Shown one piece after another: positions 1 to 13,725 of a DNA stretch of 64,000 bases. The notes under the pieces are model-generated. The model did no database searches and was not told the DNA's origin. It saw only the letters and a program-made list of their open reading frames with translations. A program made the position numbers and the translations under genes. Origin of the DNA: Camelus dromedarius (taxonomy: Eukaryota); NCBI RefSeq assembly GCF_036321535.1, contig NC_087437.1, forward strand, positions 20,524,001 through 20,588,000. The letters are read 5' to 3'. Positions within the stretch are counted from its first letter, which is position 1, and every line of letters begins with the position of its first letter.

Positions 1-994
1 GTGAGAATACCTCCTTCACAGAGTTGTTTGAGAACTGTATGATTTAATATATGTGAAGCCATTTAAAGGCTTGTTAAATATTTACCATTGACCATATCAC
101 TCTTCCCCTCATACAGATAAAGAACCAGAGGCTCTCAGAGCTTTCTGTAGATCCTGAGACTAATAGTGAAGGATGGAGGCCCTGTCCTCCTGGACTCCAC
201 ACCCTGAGTTAAGAATTTGAAGACTGACTCCCACTCAGGCACCTGCACCTCAGATCCAGGTTCCCTTCAGAGCAAGAAACCTCTTCTGGAGGTGAGTCAA
301 GTGATCAGCAGGACCCAGTAAACAAGTCATACCCTCCTGGTAATACTTGGCCCCTCATATGCCCAGAGACTGAACTGGTCATTTATAGATAACATACACA
401 CTCCTTAACCAGATGATGTGAGCATCGAATCTAGGAGACAAGAACCATACGCCTACTTCCAATAACCGGAGTTACTTAGTTACACGTTTCCAAACAAGAT
501 TATCATCTAACCCCAACCTGTTCATTCCTTTTCAGCCTGGAGATTACTTATCTATATCGAGGTTATTCATTCTTTGTCAGTGGTCAATTATTTCAAAGAG
601 ACTAGAAAACAAATTACAGCATACAAACATAATTACTATTACAAAACTCTTCAGAAAAGCAACAAGATGTTCTATATCCAGAATCAAAATAATTTTAACA
701 CCTTTTGACATATGAAATTCCATTTATGGGAATTTATCCAAAGGAAATAGTCCAGGAGAAGGAAGGAAATAATGGGCATAAAGATGCTGGATTATTCAGT
801 GGAATATTAGTCAGGTCTTCATATCTTCATAGCAATATAAAAATTACTCAGGCTTTAAGGTGCAATTTTTAAAAATACAAAATTATGTCTGTACTCTTCT
901 CATACAGCAGGAACTGCACAAAAATCATGTATGCATGCACATTGGAAGGAAATAATAAAGAACATTGTTTTGGTCCATCTCTCAACATCAAGTT

Positions 995-1370
995 CATGGC
1001 CTTGGGCAAGAACTTTGGCTCAACTGTAAAATGGATATATTAGTAATAACTATCTTTTAAGCATTTACTATGTGTCAGGCACTGTGTGTGCTAAGTGCTT
1101 TACAGACCTTACCTTATTTAACCCCTCAGTGACCCTGTGAAATAGGAATGACTTATCATCATTTTTGAAATATAGAAACTGAAGCCCAGAGATGTGAAGT
1201 GACTTGCCCAAGGTCACGGAGGAAGAGGAGATGTGGGATCCGAACCCAGATTCCTTCCCAGCTGATCACGGAGCCAGAGCTCAGGACTATCAGATTATAG
1301 TTGAAAAGGTAATTGTGAAAATTAAAGTTAATATGTAGAAAGCTTTTAGCATGTAGTATCTGCTACATAG
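995..1370. mobile_element. MIR (-) at about 1050-1280, apparently nested in a split MIR (+)
   Basis: Core aagtgacttgcccaaggtcac on the minus strand, flanked by ccttgggcaag...ctgtaaaatgg and a MIR 3'-like part on the plus strand. Confidence 0.6.
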
Positions 1371-1479
1371 ATCTGTTTGCCTGGTGGATAACTGGGTAAT
1401 GAAAAACACCAGCAGTAGGGGGAGGGGACTCCAGAAGGTGCCCAGCTGTGGAGGCAGCCCAGAAGGTCGGGGACCTAGA

Positions 1480-1720
1480 GAATAACAATGATGACAGCTA
1501 ATTTACATTAAGTGCTTGCTTTGTGCCAGGCACTGTACTAATTGTTAACTCATTTAACCTTTGTAACAACCCTATGAAGTAGGTGGTATTATTATTCCCA
1601 TTTCCTAAATAGGGGAATTAAAACACAAGAGATTAAGAAAACTGCCTGAGGTCACATAGCTAGTAAGTGGAGGAACCAGGAATCAGACCTCAGATAATGC
1701 CCGCATGCTTTGCCACCTTG
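1480..1720 (-). mobile_element. MIR SINE
   Basis: tgtgccaggcactgt...cccatttcc...aggtcacatagctagtaagtgg. Confidence 0.8.
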
Positions 1721-1864
1721 CTATAGCTGACTCTGCAAGATTGTACCAACTGTTTTCCCCACAATGTGGTCATTTCACATCTAGGTGTTATCAGTGAATA
1801 TATTCCCCATTTTGTTGAAAGTCCACTTACTATTGTTTATAGTGTTTATATGGCTTCTTTTAAA

Positions 1865-3095
1865 AAATAAAAATGTCTAAAAGTGGGCAAAGAACTTGAT
1901 AGACATTTCTCCAAAGAAAATATACAAATGGCCAGTAAGCACATGAAAAGATGTTCAACCTCACTAATCATTAGGGAAATGCAAATCAAAAGCACAATGA
2001 GTTCCTATTTCACATCCATTAGAATGGCTATCCTAAAAATAATAACAGAAAATACCAAGTGTTGGCAAGGATGTAGAGAAGGTGGAACCCTGTGCATTGC
2101 TGCTGGGAATGTATAATGGTGCAGATGCTGTGAAAAATGGTTTGGCAGTTCCTCAGAAAACTAAACATAGAATTACCATATGCTCTAGCAATTCCATCTC
2201 TGGGTATATACCTAAAAGAATTGAAAGCAGAGACTCAAATATTTGTACATGTTCATAGCAGCATTATTCAGAATAGCCAAAGGACAAAAGCAACCTGTTA
2301 TGAGGTGAAACTCATTTGGCGAAGTCCTAACACCCAGCACCTCAGAACGTGACCATATTTGGAATTGGGGCCTTTAACAGGGTAAGTAACTTTAAATGAG
2401 GTCATTAGTGTGGGCCCTAATCCAACAGGACTGATGTCCTTATAAGAAAAGGAAATTAAGATACACACACACACATAGGGGGAAGACCACATGAAGATAC
2501 AAGAAGACTCCAAGCCAAGGAGCGAGGGCTCAGAAGAAATCAACCCTGTCGACACCTCAATCTTGGACTTCAAGTCTCCAGAAGTACGAGAAAATAAACT
2601 TCTCTTGTTTAAACCACCAGGTTGGTGGTACTTAGTTATGGAAGACTTAGCAAGCTGATAAACAATGAATAATCAGAATGTGTTACATACAGACAATGCA
2701 ATATTATTAAGCCTAAAAAGGAAGGAAATTCTGACACATGCTACAACGTAGATGACCCTTGAAGACATTATGCTAAGTGAAAGAAGCCATTCCCAAATAT
2801 TGTATAATTCCACTTCTATGAAGTACCTAGAGTAGTCAAACTCATAGAGACAGGAAGTAAAATGGTGGTTGCTAGAGTCTGGGTGAAGGGGGAAAAGGGG
2901 AGTTAGTGCTTAATGGGTATAGAGTTTCAGTTTGGGATGACGGAAAAGTTCTGCAGATGGATGGTGGTAATGGTTACACAACAACATCAATATACTTAAC
3001 ATCACTAAACTGTACACTTTAAAAAACATAACAATAAATTTTATGTTATATGTCTTCTGCCACAATTTTTTAATTGTTTTAAATTAAAAAATAAG
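1865..3095 (+). mobile_element. Old L1 (L1MA/MB-like) ORF2 C-terminus and 3' UTR, interrupted by an LTR
   Basis: ORF remnant [31 protein letters not shown]; typical 3' UTR and A-rich end. Confidence 0.9.
2296..2664 (+). mobile_element. MaLR solo LTR (MLT1A/B-like)
   Basis: acctcagaacgtgacc...tgggccctaatcca...gacacctcaatcttggacttc...aaataaacttctcttgtttaa. Confidence 0.85.
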
Positions 3096-5879
3096 AATTT
3101 CTAATAACAAAATAAAATGAAACTCATATGAGTACAATCAGGAGAACACTCTAGGTATCCTAAACAAAGAGACATTAATACCAGGAACTGGTTACAATGT
3201 GTTGTAAGGAACAAAAGGGGGAAATCAAAAGTTTAGCACCTGCAGGGCCACTACATACTAATCCTGGGACTAAAAAGAAAATGGTGCTGTCACCCAGAGC
3301 CCAGGAGCAGTGCACTTCTGAGGTTACCATACCCAGGCACCTGCACTGGCTGGCCACAGCTCCTGTCCCCACTATACCCAGAGGCCCCATCAGAAACTGG
3401 AGGGAAAACCGGCTTCTCCCTTTCCTTCACCTTCCAGTCTTTGGCCACTGCCTCCTATCAGAAGATCCTAACAGCAGCAAGCTGAGAAGTGATGCTGGGA
3501 AATGTCTGCAGGCTTCCAGCCTAGGGTTGTTGAGAGGGGCCAGGTCATTGATGACAGGCTCTACCCAACTCCTAAGTTTTTAAACAAAGTGATCAGAAAG
3601 AAGGGAGCAGCAATAGGAAAGAAAATGAAGTTTTGAAACTCAGAGAACTCCTGTGGACATGTGTTACCTTCTATCAACCCTGCCTCCAGTTTTTGTGGAC
3701 CTGCCCAGTCCCAGTGTATGGAATTATGTGGGGTTGTCAATCAGGGAGGACATCCCTGCCTACTCCACAGGGGTGGGCCGGGGACCCAAACCAGTCAGTC
3801 TCTCCCTTCTATCCCCTAGGGCAGTGATTAATTCAGGGATAGGCACAGGAGCCAGCCAGGCCTATTCACAGCCATTTGGGGGAACTGCTGGGCAAAAAAA
3901 AGGATCTCTCACTTTAAGAGATCATAAGCTATAAGCCTGAAGGTGCTGGAATCATCTTCCTGCTAATGACGGAGGGCCTGCTTGGACTATAACATCAGCT
4001 TTTTTTTTTAAGCTACTGTGTCAACTACTGGTTAGTGTTAGATGTGAGATAAATTTAAAGCCCTAAGGGCAGCTTCTTCTGCCTTTTTAAAAAGTTTTAT
4101 CTTCAAATCTTTCTCATGTGAAATGCTGTTGATTCAGGTCTCCTCGCTTCAAGTTTACGCAGTGGAATATTTATTCTTCACTCATTCATTTTTTTTTTAA
4201 CCCTAAATACAGGGTTAGCCAATTAAGTGACTCTCTTGTATAACACTCTAGAGTTACACTCAAGAGCTGCCCACGTGGTGCGGGTCCTGCACTATGGCCC
4301 TATAATTATATGCTTTGGGAACTTCTGTAAATAATTGCCTTGGATGGGATCCAAGCAGCTTTCTACTGAGCTCTGGTGTGTACATAAAGGTGTCTCTGTG
4401 ACCTGCCAACTGTGTTTGTTTGCTTGGTGATGACAGAGGTCACCAAAGCTAGGGAAAACCTAGAAACCACAGCCTCAACTTTAGTCACTAGGTGAAAATC
4501 AGAATACCTTATGTACATTCAAATGCTTCCTGTGCCTATAGTTACCAATATGGTATTTGTATGAGTGGAATTCTTTCTGTTGCAGGTGATAAAAATGCAA
4601 ATCAGACTAGACGCATAGGGGAATTTGTTGGCTTCTGTAAATGAATATTTTAGGTAAATCTCAGGCTTGATTGGACCTGGATGCAGGAATCTCTATTTCG
4701 AGAAGCTCTTGTCTTCTTTTTTCCAGACATCACCATGCTGTAATTCTGTTCAAGTATCTCAGGAAAACACTGGCCCAGTACATGGTCAGAGCACGCCTGG
4801 AGAGTGGCGTGCCACTTAGGAAAGCATTCTCCAATCAAGGAGTGAGCAAATGTAAGAGGAGGTAGGCGGTGACATTCCAAGGATGGGGTGCTGGGAGCCA
4901 TCTTCCCCAGCAGAAAGAATGTTATCACTGATATTGTTTAGAATCATCTGTACTCGTGATAATAAAAAGCTGACTATTAATCCATTTTTATCACTGTTTT
5001 TAAATTCTCTACAAACAGTGCTCCCCTCAGTTCCAGCACCCAAGCCAGTGGCTCCCACCGCCCTGCCTTTGGTGCATCACCAAATGTAGGAGTCCCTCCT
5101 GTCACTCAGCACACCTCCCCGGAAAGCTTGTCAGCTCCCAAAGCTTCACCTGCCACCTCCTGGCTGGTGGCTTCCGAATCTCTGTCTCCCCCAACGGCAT
5201 CATCAGCTGCCAGCAGAACATTCCGACTTCAACATCCCACTCTGTCTGAACTCCACCGTGCCTCTCCCCCTGTGCTTCTGATCTCAGAAAATACATCTCC
5301 ACAAGAGCTTAAGAGAGCTAGCACGAATGCATGAGATGCATCCCTAATCTTTCAGGCGAGCCAGCAAGAACCTCCCTCACACTGCCCCTTCTCCTGGGCC
5401 TCACAGAGACAAGGTTCTGTGCTGGACATCCTAAGGGGCTGACCGAATGTAGCCTGACATTGACACAGTTGTCTATTCACAAATCTCCCTCACAAACGTC
5501 CAAGACACAGAGAGCCTCTGCCTTCCCCAGCAACTCCCCAGACAAGAAAGGGAACAAAGCTCAAGTCACGTTCCACTTCTCGCCCTTTCCTCCCACAATT
5601 GCTCAAGCCCGGATGGCTCATCAAGAATGCCTGAAGCAGTTCTCTGAGCCGCCTCCAGTGTTGGCTGGGACCCACGGGGCCAGTGAAGACAGGTTTTAGA
5701 GGTAGGGGAGCCCTACAGAATTCAATCATTTCTGAAATTTATCTTCAAATCTGACCCCTAGATACCATAATTTCAATGGGATTATTTAGATTCATTTCCA
5801 CAACACCCCAACGTTTACCCTTGCCAACAAGGCTAGTCCGTGCAGGATAGTCATTAAAATATTTGCCAAATGCCAAATA

Positions 5880-6050
5880 GTTTCTTTTACATTTATACTC
5901 TCATCTATTCGTCCTAATCACCCTGTGAGGGCTAGAAAAGTTAGTTCCCCACTTTAGAAAAGAAGAAATTAAAGCTCAAGGAAATTAGCATGACTTGGCT
6001 AAGATCCCTCAGCTGGTTACTGGGAGAGCCAGGACCCAAACTAGGACCAG
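5880..6050 (-). mobile_element. MIR SINE fragment
   Basis: caccctgtgagg...cccactttaga...gacttggctaagatc. Confidence 0.6.
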
Positions 6051-7989
6051 TACGCCAAGGCCTCACGTGATACTCATTGACAGGGAGGCTGTCATCACCC
6101 TGGGCAGGGCTACTCCACTCACAAATGCCTCCCCCACGGGCCTGTCCCAGTAATCAAATTAGTGCTCTGGAGAGTCATCCCCTTTGAGTCACAGAGCTGA
6201 GCTGTTATACATTGGCTGGTGTGAATTCACTTATAAATTGCCTCCTGAGATCACAGCACCAAGGATGTTGGCATCTTGCCAGGAAGAAAGGACGGTGCAG
6301 GCATGTTGCCAAGTGCTGACTGGGGAGACTGGGCTCCTTCAAGCACAGGGATTCCTAGAGTAGAACCAAGACCAGCAAAGAGACAGTAGGTGTGTCTTCT
6401 GGCTATGTCTACACTCTCTCCCTCCAGAGGTCAGATGCAAGCATGACCCACCTGGCTGTGTTCACTCACCTGCAATCCCAAGCAAAGAGGAGAAAGGACA
6501 AAAGAGATTATGTATGAAGTTGTCACCAACACTGGTGCTCCTCCCTAAAGTCACTGAGCTGACTCTGTTGTGATCTTAGAGAGACATCAGCACTTGCCAT
6601 GTTTCCAGCCATCCATTCATTCATATGTTGATTCAAACACCATTCCCTGAGCACTCCATGCTGGCTCCTAGGCAGCCAGAGAGACACAGCCATACCCTCC
6701 TGGCCATTGCTGACTTCCCAGCCTCTTCCTGAAACCACACCCCCTTGTCAACTTGGCCTAGAGTTTCTTAACCTAGGATCCACTGACTCTTGGAAGCAAT
6801 CACTGGAACCCTTGCACATTTTTTATTTATGACTATGAATTTTTCTGGGGAACAGTCCTTTCCTTGGCTTCATCAAATACCCACAGAATGACCCAGTGCT
6901 TAGGTTATTACCAGAGCAATGCTGCAATGTTATTCTTCTCCAGAAAGTTCCAACAATGCCCAGTGTGCTGGAGATCCTTCCTGTTTGCAATAGCAGGGTC
7001 TATACAAGGAATGGGAGCACTAATGAACCAATCCTGTAGTTCAACTTTCTCTATATAATAAGTTCCTTCTTTAAATGAGGACTAATTTTATTCACATTTG
7101 GTAACAGGAAGCCAGAGCTGTCAACACAGACGTTTATACATGTCACGGAGGCCCTAAAATAGCACTTGAAGCCAGCCACTAGATTCCATAAAGCTGATGC
7201 CTTAATGGAGCCATTCTTCCCTTATTGCAAAACAGTCTCCACGTTGAAAAATATGTTGTCAACTGCGGCCAAGAAACGTAGGGTTTTTTGGGTTTTGGGT
7301 TTTTTTAATAGTAGCACTTCTGTCTTGCACGAAGAACTGTTTACATGGTATTTTCAGATTAATATTAGATTCGTTTATTTTCAGCAGAGTTTTAAGGGTG
7401 AGAGCCTGTTTCCTCTGTAGAAGTCAGATTAATTCACACTGTTTTCAAGAAATGAACCCAATCTGATTTGATAGCTTCCCTGCTGGTTGCTAGCTATACT
7501 AAGGGTTTTAGCAATTAATTTGGAAACCCAGCAAAATCATAGCAAGTGAAATAACATACACCACTTTACATGCAGAGATTCCTGATTCCTTAGCTACTTT
7601 TTTTTCCCTCCTGAAAATTTTCTGAGCTCAGAGCAGAGATTCACTTTGCAGCCTGCTTCCCAAAAATACGCAGTATCTTAAACAGCTGCTAAACAATTAG
7701 GAAAAGGCAGTTGAAATCTGTGAAGACAGGACTGACACAAAATAAATAGAAAGTAATGTAAGATGTAGGCAATTAAGTATTAAATTATGAAGGGCTGACT
7801 CAGAGTGCTATTTGAGTTCAGAGAATGGAGTTGGCAGTGTTGGTTTGAGTATTGTGATAGATTTGACATAGAGGTAAAAAATGAGTTGGCCCTTGAGAAT
7901 AGATGGTAGTGATAATACTAAAACCAGTACCATCAGTAGAAATCAATCAATTGATCGATCAATCAAGTACCAATTTTTACCATCTATTG

Positions 7990-8140
7990 CTAGCAAATGC
8001 TTTGTATGAATTATCTCATTTAATCTTTGGAGCAACCCATTTCACAGATGAGAAAACTAAGGCTCAGAGAGGTTAAGGACCTTGGCCAATGATGGAATCA
8101 GGTTTTTCTGCAACCTAAGCCCCTTTTCTTTCAACCACAC
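7990..8140 (-). mobile_element. MIR SINE fragment
   Basis: cccatttcacagatgagaaaactaaggctcagagaggttaag. Confidence 0.75.
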
Positions 8141-8606
8141 CATATATACCACCTGTTCAAGATGTGTCCAACAGCACCATTCCTCTTCTGAGGAAAACTG
8201 TAAACAGATTTTGGAATAGTAAAACTAGAGTAACAAGATTCAAGAAGAGCTATCCCCTGGCTGCACCTAGACTCTCAAAAGGTAGACATGGTTTGTTAGC
8301 TGAGCCAGAGAAGATCTGGTTATTCTGGCTCAGGGTGTGTCCTAAATCCCCTAAGGAGTGGATCAAGAAGTAGTAGTTAGTTCCATAAACCAGAAACAAA
8401 AGATGAGAAGCCAAAAGGAAAGCCCCACTCCCCAAAGACAAAGAGAGAAGGAAATTCCTAGCTTTCTAAGAGACCTGATCCAATGCTAAGGAAGTCCAAG
8501 TAAAGATGAGGGGCCCCAGTGAAGCCACATGGATGGCTAGGAAACTAAGTTTACACGCTGCTGCACCTAAGATCACAGGTCATGCAGTTCAGTTTAACCA
8601 CAGGAT

Positions 8607-9232
8607 ATGTGGCCCCCAGCCTCCCAAATGGCCCTACTGATCCCATCACCCAGATTCACACTCTTGTGTAGTCCCCTCCCATATTGCCCCAAGGTCGTTC
8701 TGTGTGGTCAATAGCACATGATGAAAGTGATGGGATGTGACTCTCGGGATTAGATTACAAAAGACCATGGCTTTTTGTTGTTGTGGGAGGAGTGGTGTAA
8801 TTAGGTTTATTTATTTTTAATGGAGGTACTGGGGTTTGAACGCATGCTAGGCACACACTCTACCACTAAGCTACACCCTCCCCGAACACCATGGCTTCTA
8901 TGGGTTTTTTTCTTCCTTCTCTTTCTCCTCCCACTCCTTCTCCTCCTCCTCTCTCTCTCCCTCTCTCTCACTGAAGTCAGCTACCACATGGTGAAAAACT
9001 GAAGCTGGACAACAACCATGTGAGTGAGTTTAGAAGCAGACTCTCCAGTCTGAGTCAAACCTTCAGATGACTGGCCTAGGAAACAGTTTCCCTGCAAATG
9101 TGTGAGAGATTCTGAGTCAAAACCACCCAGCTAAGCTGCCATCAATTCCTGGCCTCAGACACCGTATGGGATGATAAACATTTACTGTTATAAGCTGCTA
9201 AATTTTATATGAGATCTTAGCTAGCTAATGCA
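8607..9232 (+). mobile_element. MaLR LTR (MLT1E/F-like) interrupted by a SINE
   Basis: cagcctcccaaatggccc...gtagtcccctccc; 3' part ccacccagctaagctgc...taagctgctaaattt. Confidence 0.7.
8774..8887 (-). mobile_element. tRNA-Ala-derived SINE (Vic-1-like), internally deleted
   Basis: Reverse complement of the SINE head; TSD accatggctt at 8764-8773 and 8888-8897. Confidence 0.85.
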
Positions 9233-10769
9233 GGGTAGGATGGGCCTTACAATCAGATAGAAGAGAAGGTTCTGAGAAATGCATCCCAACAGAGGACGAT
9301 GAGCTGTGTGATTCTCCTGCCTCCACATCCCAAAGCTCACTCCCTGTTTGATGCTTCCACACAGACTATTCCTTCTGCCCGGGCCATCTTCCTGATATGT
9401 CTTCCTGTCCGCCTTTCAGGTCTGGGCTCAAACACCACCTCCAGCAGGAATCTCCCCTGATCATCTCAGCTGGGTGGGTTTCTCTGTTTTCTAGGATCCC
9501 ACCATTCCTCCCCACCCCGTGCTTCCTTGTAACACAGCCATGGTTTGTTATGGCCTGTTTACTTGTCTGACCACCCCACTAATCTGCACAACTTGAGGGC
9601 AGGGCTGATTCCCATGTCTATCTAAGTACTTGGCACATAGAAGGTACCCAGGGAGGTTTAGAAGGACTTCTGGGAGCTCAGGCCAGCTCCCGGAGAAGAG
9701 AAACAAGCAACTTCAAAGCAAATAATGAATGACTTGAGCAAGGGGAGAATCTTTGGGACACACAGGAAAGGGGCTTCCTCTTAGAGAAGATGGGGGTCCA
9801 GTGCAGGGATCAAGGCAACCAGGCAGCATGCCTTAGAGTGGAAACACCATTCAGATGATTTGGGGCGCAAGGCCTGAGACCAGGAAGCCAGCTTTAGGCA
9901 GGACATAGCAATCCAACCAGGCCTGGACATTATGCCAACCCAAATGACCTTGGCCTAGAAGCCAGGCTGTCTTTATTTAGGATTCAGACAAAGCTGCCAT
10001 GAGGAAAAGGAGCCTGGGGCCAGGTGTGAGATCAGCATGGTCAGCCAGTCTAATCTGGGACCAGGCTTTGGTTAATCAGAAACCAGGTTGCTAGATGATG
10101 CTTAGAGACAAGGCAGTGGAGGAGGGGAGCGGTGCCCAGGAAAAGTTTGCCATTTGCTTTCTTTTTAAGATTTCATTCCGGAAAACAGTTCAAACTCATA
10201 AGAAAGGGATTTTTCCTACACCATGATCAAGGCACAGGAGTAGGGAAGGAGGCTATCTTGGGAATAAAAATCCTCCTAGATCCCAGTGCCCCACTATCCA
10301 ACCTTGATCTGCCCAAATACGCTAAACCCAAGCACGTGAGGTCACGATCACCAGCTGCAGCAGCAGGGGTGGCAACAGCAGCGGCCCGCTAGCAGTGAAA
10401 CCAAAGTTTGATGCTGCATCTCTCAGTCCCAGATGGGATCTGCCCTGCTAATATAAATCACTTCCTCCAGCAAGCCCAGCCCGCCACGATTCACCAGCCC
10501 AACATACAGGCCCCTACATCCCTCACCAGGCTCAGTTTTGAGACAACACAGGTTTACGTTTACACACTGTTTCAGTCAGAGTTTTTTAAGAACATGAGAA
10601 ACCAAGTTGTAAGTATTTCCGCCAATTTGTCACTTGTTTTCTTCCTTTGTATGTGGTATTTTTTTGCTCTATAGAAAACTTTCATCTCTATTATCAAATG
10701 TATCTGTCTTTTGTTTTATGAATAATGCTGCTTGGCTCCACTTTTTTGTTTTGTTTCTGATGGTTTAAT

Positions 10770-11948
10770 TTTTTAATAGCCTTTATTTTTTAGAGCTTTC
10801 TAGGTTTTAGATTGACAGCACAACAGAGTGGAAAGTAGAGAATTTCCATACACCTGCTGACTCCACACATGCACAACCTCCCCACTACGAACGTCCCCAA
10901 CCAGAACAATACCTTTGTTATTGCTGATGAACCTACACCAACACAGCTTTGCCATCCAAAGAACATAGTTTACCTCAGATTTCTCTCATGGTGGTGTACA
11001 TTTTATGGGCTTTGATAACTCTGTCATGACCTGTATCCACCATTATAATATCACGCAGAATAGTTTCATTGCCCTAAAAATCCTCTGTGCTTTGCCAGTT
11101 CATCTCTCTCTCTTTCACCCTCTGGCAACCACTGATCTTTTTACTCTCTCCATAGTTTTGCCTACTCCAGAATGTCATGTAGTTGGAATCATACAGTATG
11201 TATCCTTTTTAGATGGGCTTCTTTCTCTTAGAAATATGCATTTAAGGTTCTTCTTCTCTGTCTTTTCATGGCTTGATGGCTCTTTTTTTAGTGCTGAATA
11301 ATATCCCATTGTATGAATGTACCACAGTCTATTTATCCATTCATCTAACAAAAGGACATCTTGGTTGCTCCCAAGTTTTGGCAATTTGAAGAAGGCTGCT
11401 TTTGTATATCCATGTGCAGTTTTCTGTGGGGACATGCGTTTTCAGCTCTTCTGGGTAAATATTAAGGAACACAATTGCTGAATTGTAGGGTAAGAGTATG
11501 TTTAGTTTTGTAAGAAACTGCCAAACTGTCTTCCAAACTGGCTGTACCATTTTGTACTTGCATCAGGAAAAAACAAGAGTTCCTGTTGATCCATATCCTC
11601 GTCAGCATTTAGTGTTGTCTGTGTTTTGGACTCCAACCACTCTAATAGGTGTATAGTGGCACCTCATTGCTTTACTCCACATTTCCCCTAATGACATATG
11701 ATGTTGAACATCTTTTCATATGCTTACTTGCCATCTGTGTTTGGATCTTTTGCCCATGTTTTTTTCAGATTGTTCATTTTCTTATTGTTGAATTTTAAGA
11801 GATTTTTGTATATTTTGTATAACAGTACTTTATAAGATATGTGTATTGCAAATATTTTCTCCCAGTCTGTGACTCGTCTTCTAATTCTCTTGACTTGCTT
11901 TACCATTTCGTATTTAAATCTTTGATCCACCTGGAATTTATTTTGATC
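10770..11948 (-). mobile_element. Old L1 3' portion (L1MB/MC-like)
   Basis: Minus-strand ORF2 remnants MVQPVWKTVWQFLTKLNILLPY and TDWEKIFAIHIS. Confidence 0.88.
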
Positions 11949-11962
11949 TAAGGAGTGAGATT

Positions 11963-12079
11963 AGGGGGTAGGAGGGTATAGCTCAGTGGTAGAGTGCCTG
12001 CTTAGCATGCATAAAGGTCCTGGGTTCAATCCCTAGCACCTCTGTTAAAAAAAATTAATTGATTAAGAATAAAAAATTT
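11963..12079 (+). mobile_element. tRNA-Ala-derived SINE (Vic-1-like)
   Basis: gggtatagctcagtggtagagtgcctgcttagcatgc...gggttcaatccc plus A-rich tail; TSD taaggagt(g/a)aga(t/c)t. Confidence 0.9.
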
Positions 12080-13597
12080 TAAGGAGTAAGACTGGGAATC
12101 TGAGTTTTGTTTGTTTTTTGCAGATGAGATAATCCCATAATCCCAACATGATTTATCAAATAAATCATTTTCCCCAACTAATTTGAAATGCCTCTTTTGT
12201 ACCAAATTCCCATGTTTTGGGATCTAAAAAACAGAAGGATTTCTAAAATTTGTATCTAGTGGTTACTTAAAAGAAGAGGTGCCTATACACTACCTGAAAC
12301 TTCCTCAAATATGACAAGGTACCAATGTCACGTTCATGTATGTGTTCACCATTTCCCGGAGTTTACTGGAAATGGTGGCTGTGTAAACTACATTGGACTG
12401 GAATTTTTCCCAAGGACAAATTGGGAGCTCCCTGAGAACACAGATCATTGATCTTTGAACTGTCTACTCTCTCAAACTGTTAATCCCCAAAGGGTAGCAA
12501 CCCAGTTACCTCCTTTATCAGCAGGCCATCACACAATATAAGATGGTTATTCCTTTTGGAAGCAACAGACCCTTTTGCTACAACCATTAAGATGGGAATA
12601 CCCAGGGCAGAGGCTGTGCCATCTCTGAAGATCATTGGATACCTGCCCACATACTGGCCACTCCCTCTTCCCTGTTGACTGTTTCTTAAAACTATTCCTA
12701 GCCCTGGGGCTCCAGAAGAGAAGGTGGCCAGTGTGTGCTGTGGCCGAGTGAAAATAAATACCACGTCTGTTTGGCGTCCACCACTGACATTCCTCCTGGC
12801 CAGCGGAAAACCACTTGTGAGTAAGATGTGGCCTCAGGTCAGGTTCACTTCCCCCGCTCAATGGTCCATGCAAAAAGAGGTCTTCAGCTTGACCTCTCCA
12901 CATTCCATACCCCATCTCCTCCTGGACCACTTCTGCTCTCCCAGCATTGCTAGCTGCCGCCCTTCCCACCCTGGGCTTTTCCCTCCCTTTCTTTCCCTTT
13001 GAATATTTTGTTTTACTTTTCATAAAATAAGTGAGACAGAGTAGAGGATCATGAGATAGAACTCAGTTCAGAAACCAGAATTCAGAGGGTGAGGATGGGA
13101 GGGATTCAGTACTTTGAAGATTGTCGTAACAGTCTTGTCATTGTCAAAGTAATATTGTCAAAGTTACTCACTGCTCTCCAGACTTTGTGTTAGCAAGAGC
13201 TCATGATTAATATTTCATAGAAAATAAATTAATAAAACATGCAATTAAATGTTTCTTTTCAGCAGCTCTATCTCATTAAAGGCCCGTAGCTTTAGGTGGG
13301 TGAGGCTCACTCTGCTGGCAGATCTGGATGGGCTCAGCTGCTTGAGGGAGGAAGGAGACAGCAGCCCTCCTCTGAGCCGGGCAGTGAGCAGTGAGCGGAG
13401 AGATCTTGGGAGGGCCCAGGGCAGGGGAAAAGCAGGATGCTGAAGGGGGTCAGACTGGGGTCGAGGGCTGGAGAGTGCATTTCCAGCTCTGATGCTCACC
13501 TGTGGTTTCACTAGAGCCCATGTTTCCTCATCTCTACAAGGATGGTGGCAATTCCCTCCCAAGGGACTGTCATGAGGATGAGATGTAACTAAATGTC

Positions 13598-13725
13598 GGG
13601 GGAGGGTATAGCTCAGTGGTAGAGTGCATGTTTAGCATGCACGGGGTCCTGGGTTCGATCTCCAGCACCTCCATTAAAAAATAATAATAAAAATTAAAAA
13701 AAAATGAATTAAATTTTTAAAAAAG
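13598..13725 (+). mobile_element. tRNA-Ala-derived SINE (Vic-1-like) inserted in a MIR
   Basis: Intact A box TAGCTCAGTGG and B box GGTTCGATC, AGC anticodon-like loop, A-rich tail; MIR-like flanks. Confidence 0.9.

Noticed and set aside
1883..2352. ORFs resembling a reverse-transcriptase protein C-terminus (also at 11.2-11.9 kb and 19.9-20.3 kb)
   Set aside because: Frameshifted L1 ORF2 remnants, not genes.
5128..5699. Adjacent ORFs of 68 and 122 aa in the upstream region
   Set aside because: No recognisable homology and no convincing splice structure.
7941..7966. 14-bp palindrome attgatcgatcaat
   Set aside because: Part of a short degenerate (ATCA)n repeat, with no supporting context.
11963..13725. 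tRNA-Ala genes
   Set aside because: A-rich tails, TSDs, acceptor-stem mismatches and multiple decayed copies indicate SINEs.
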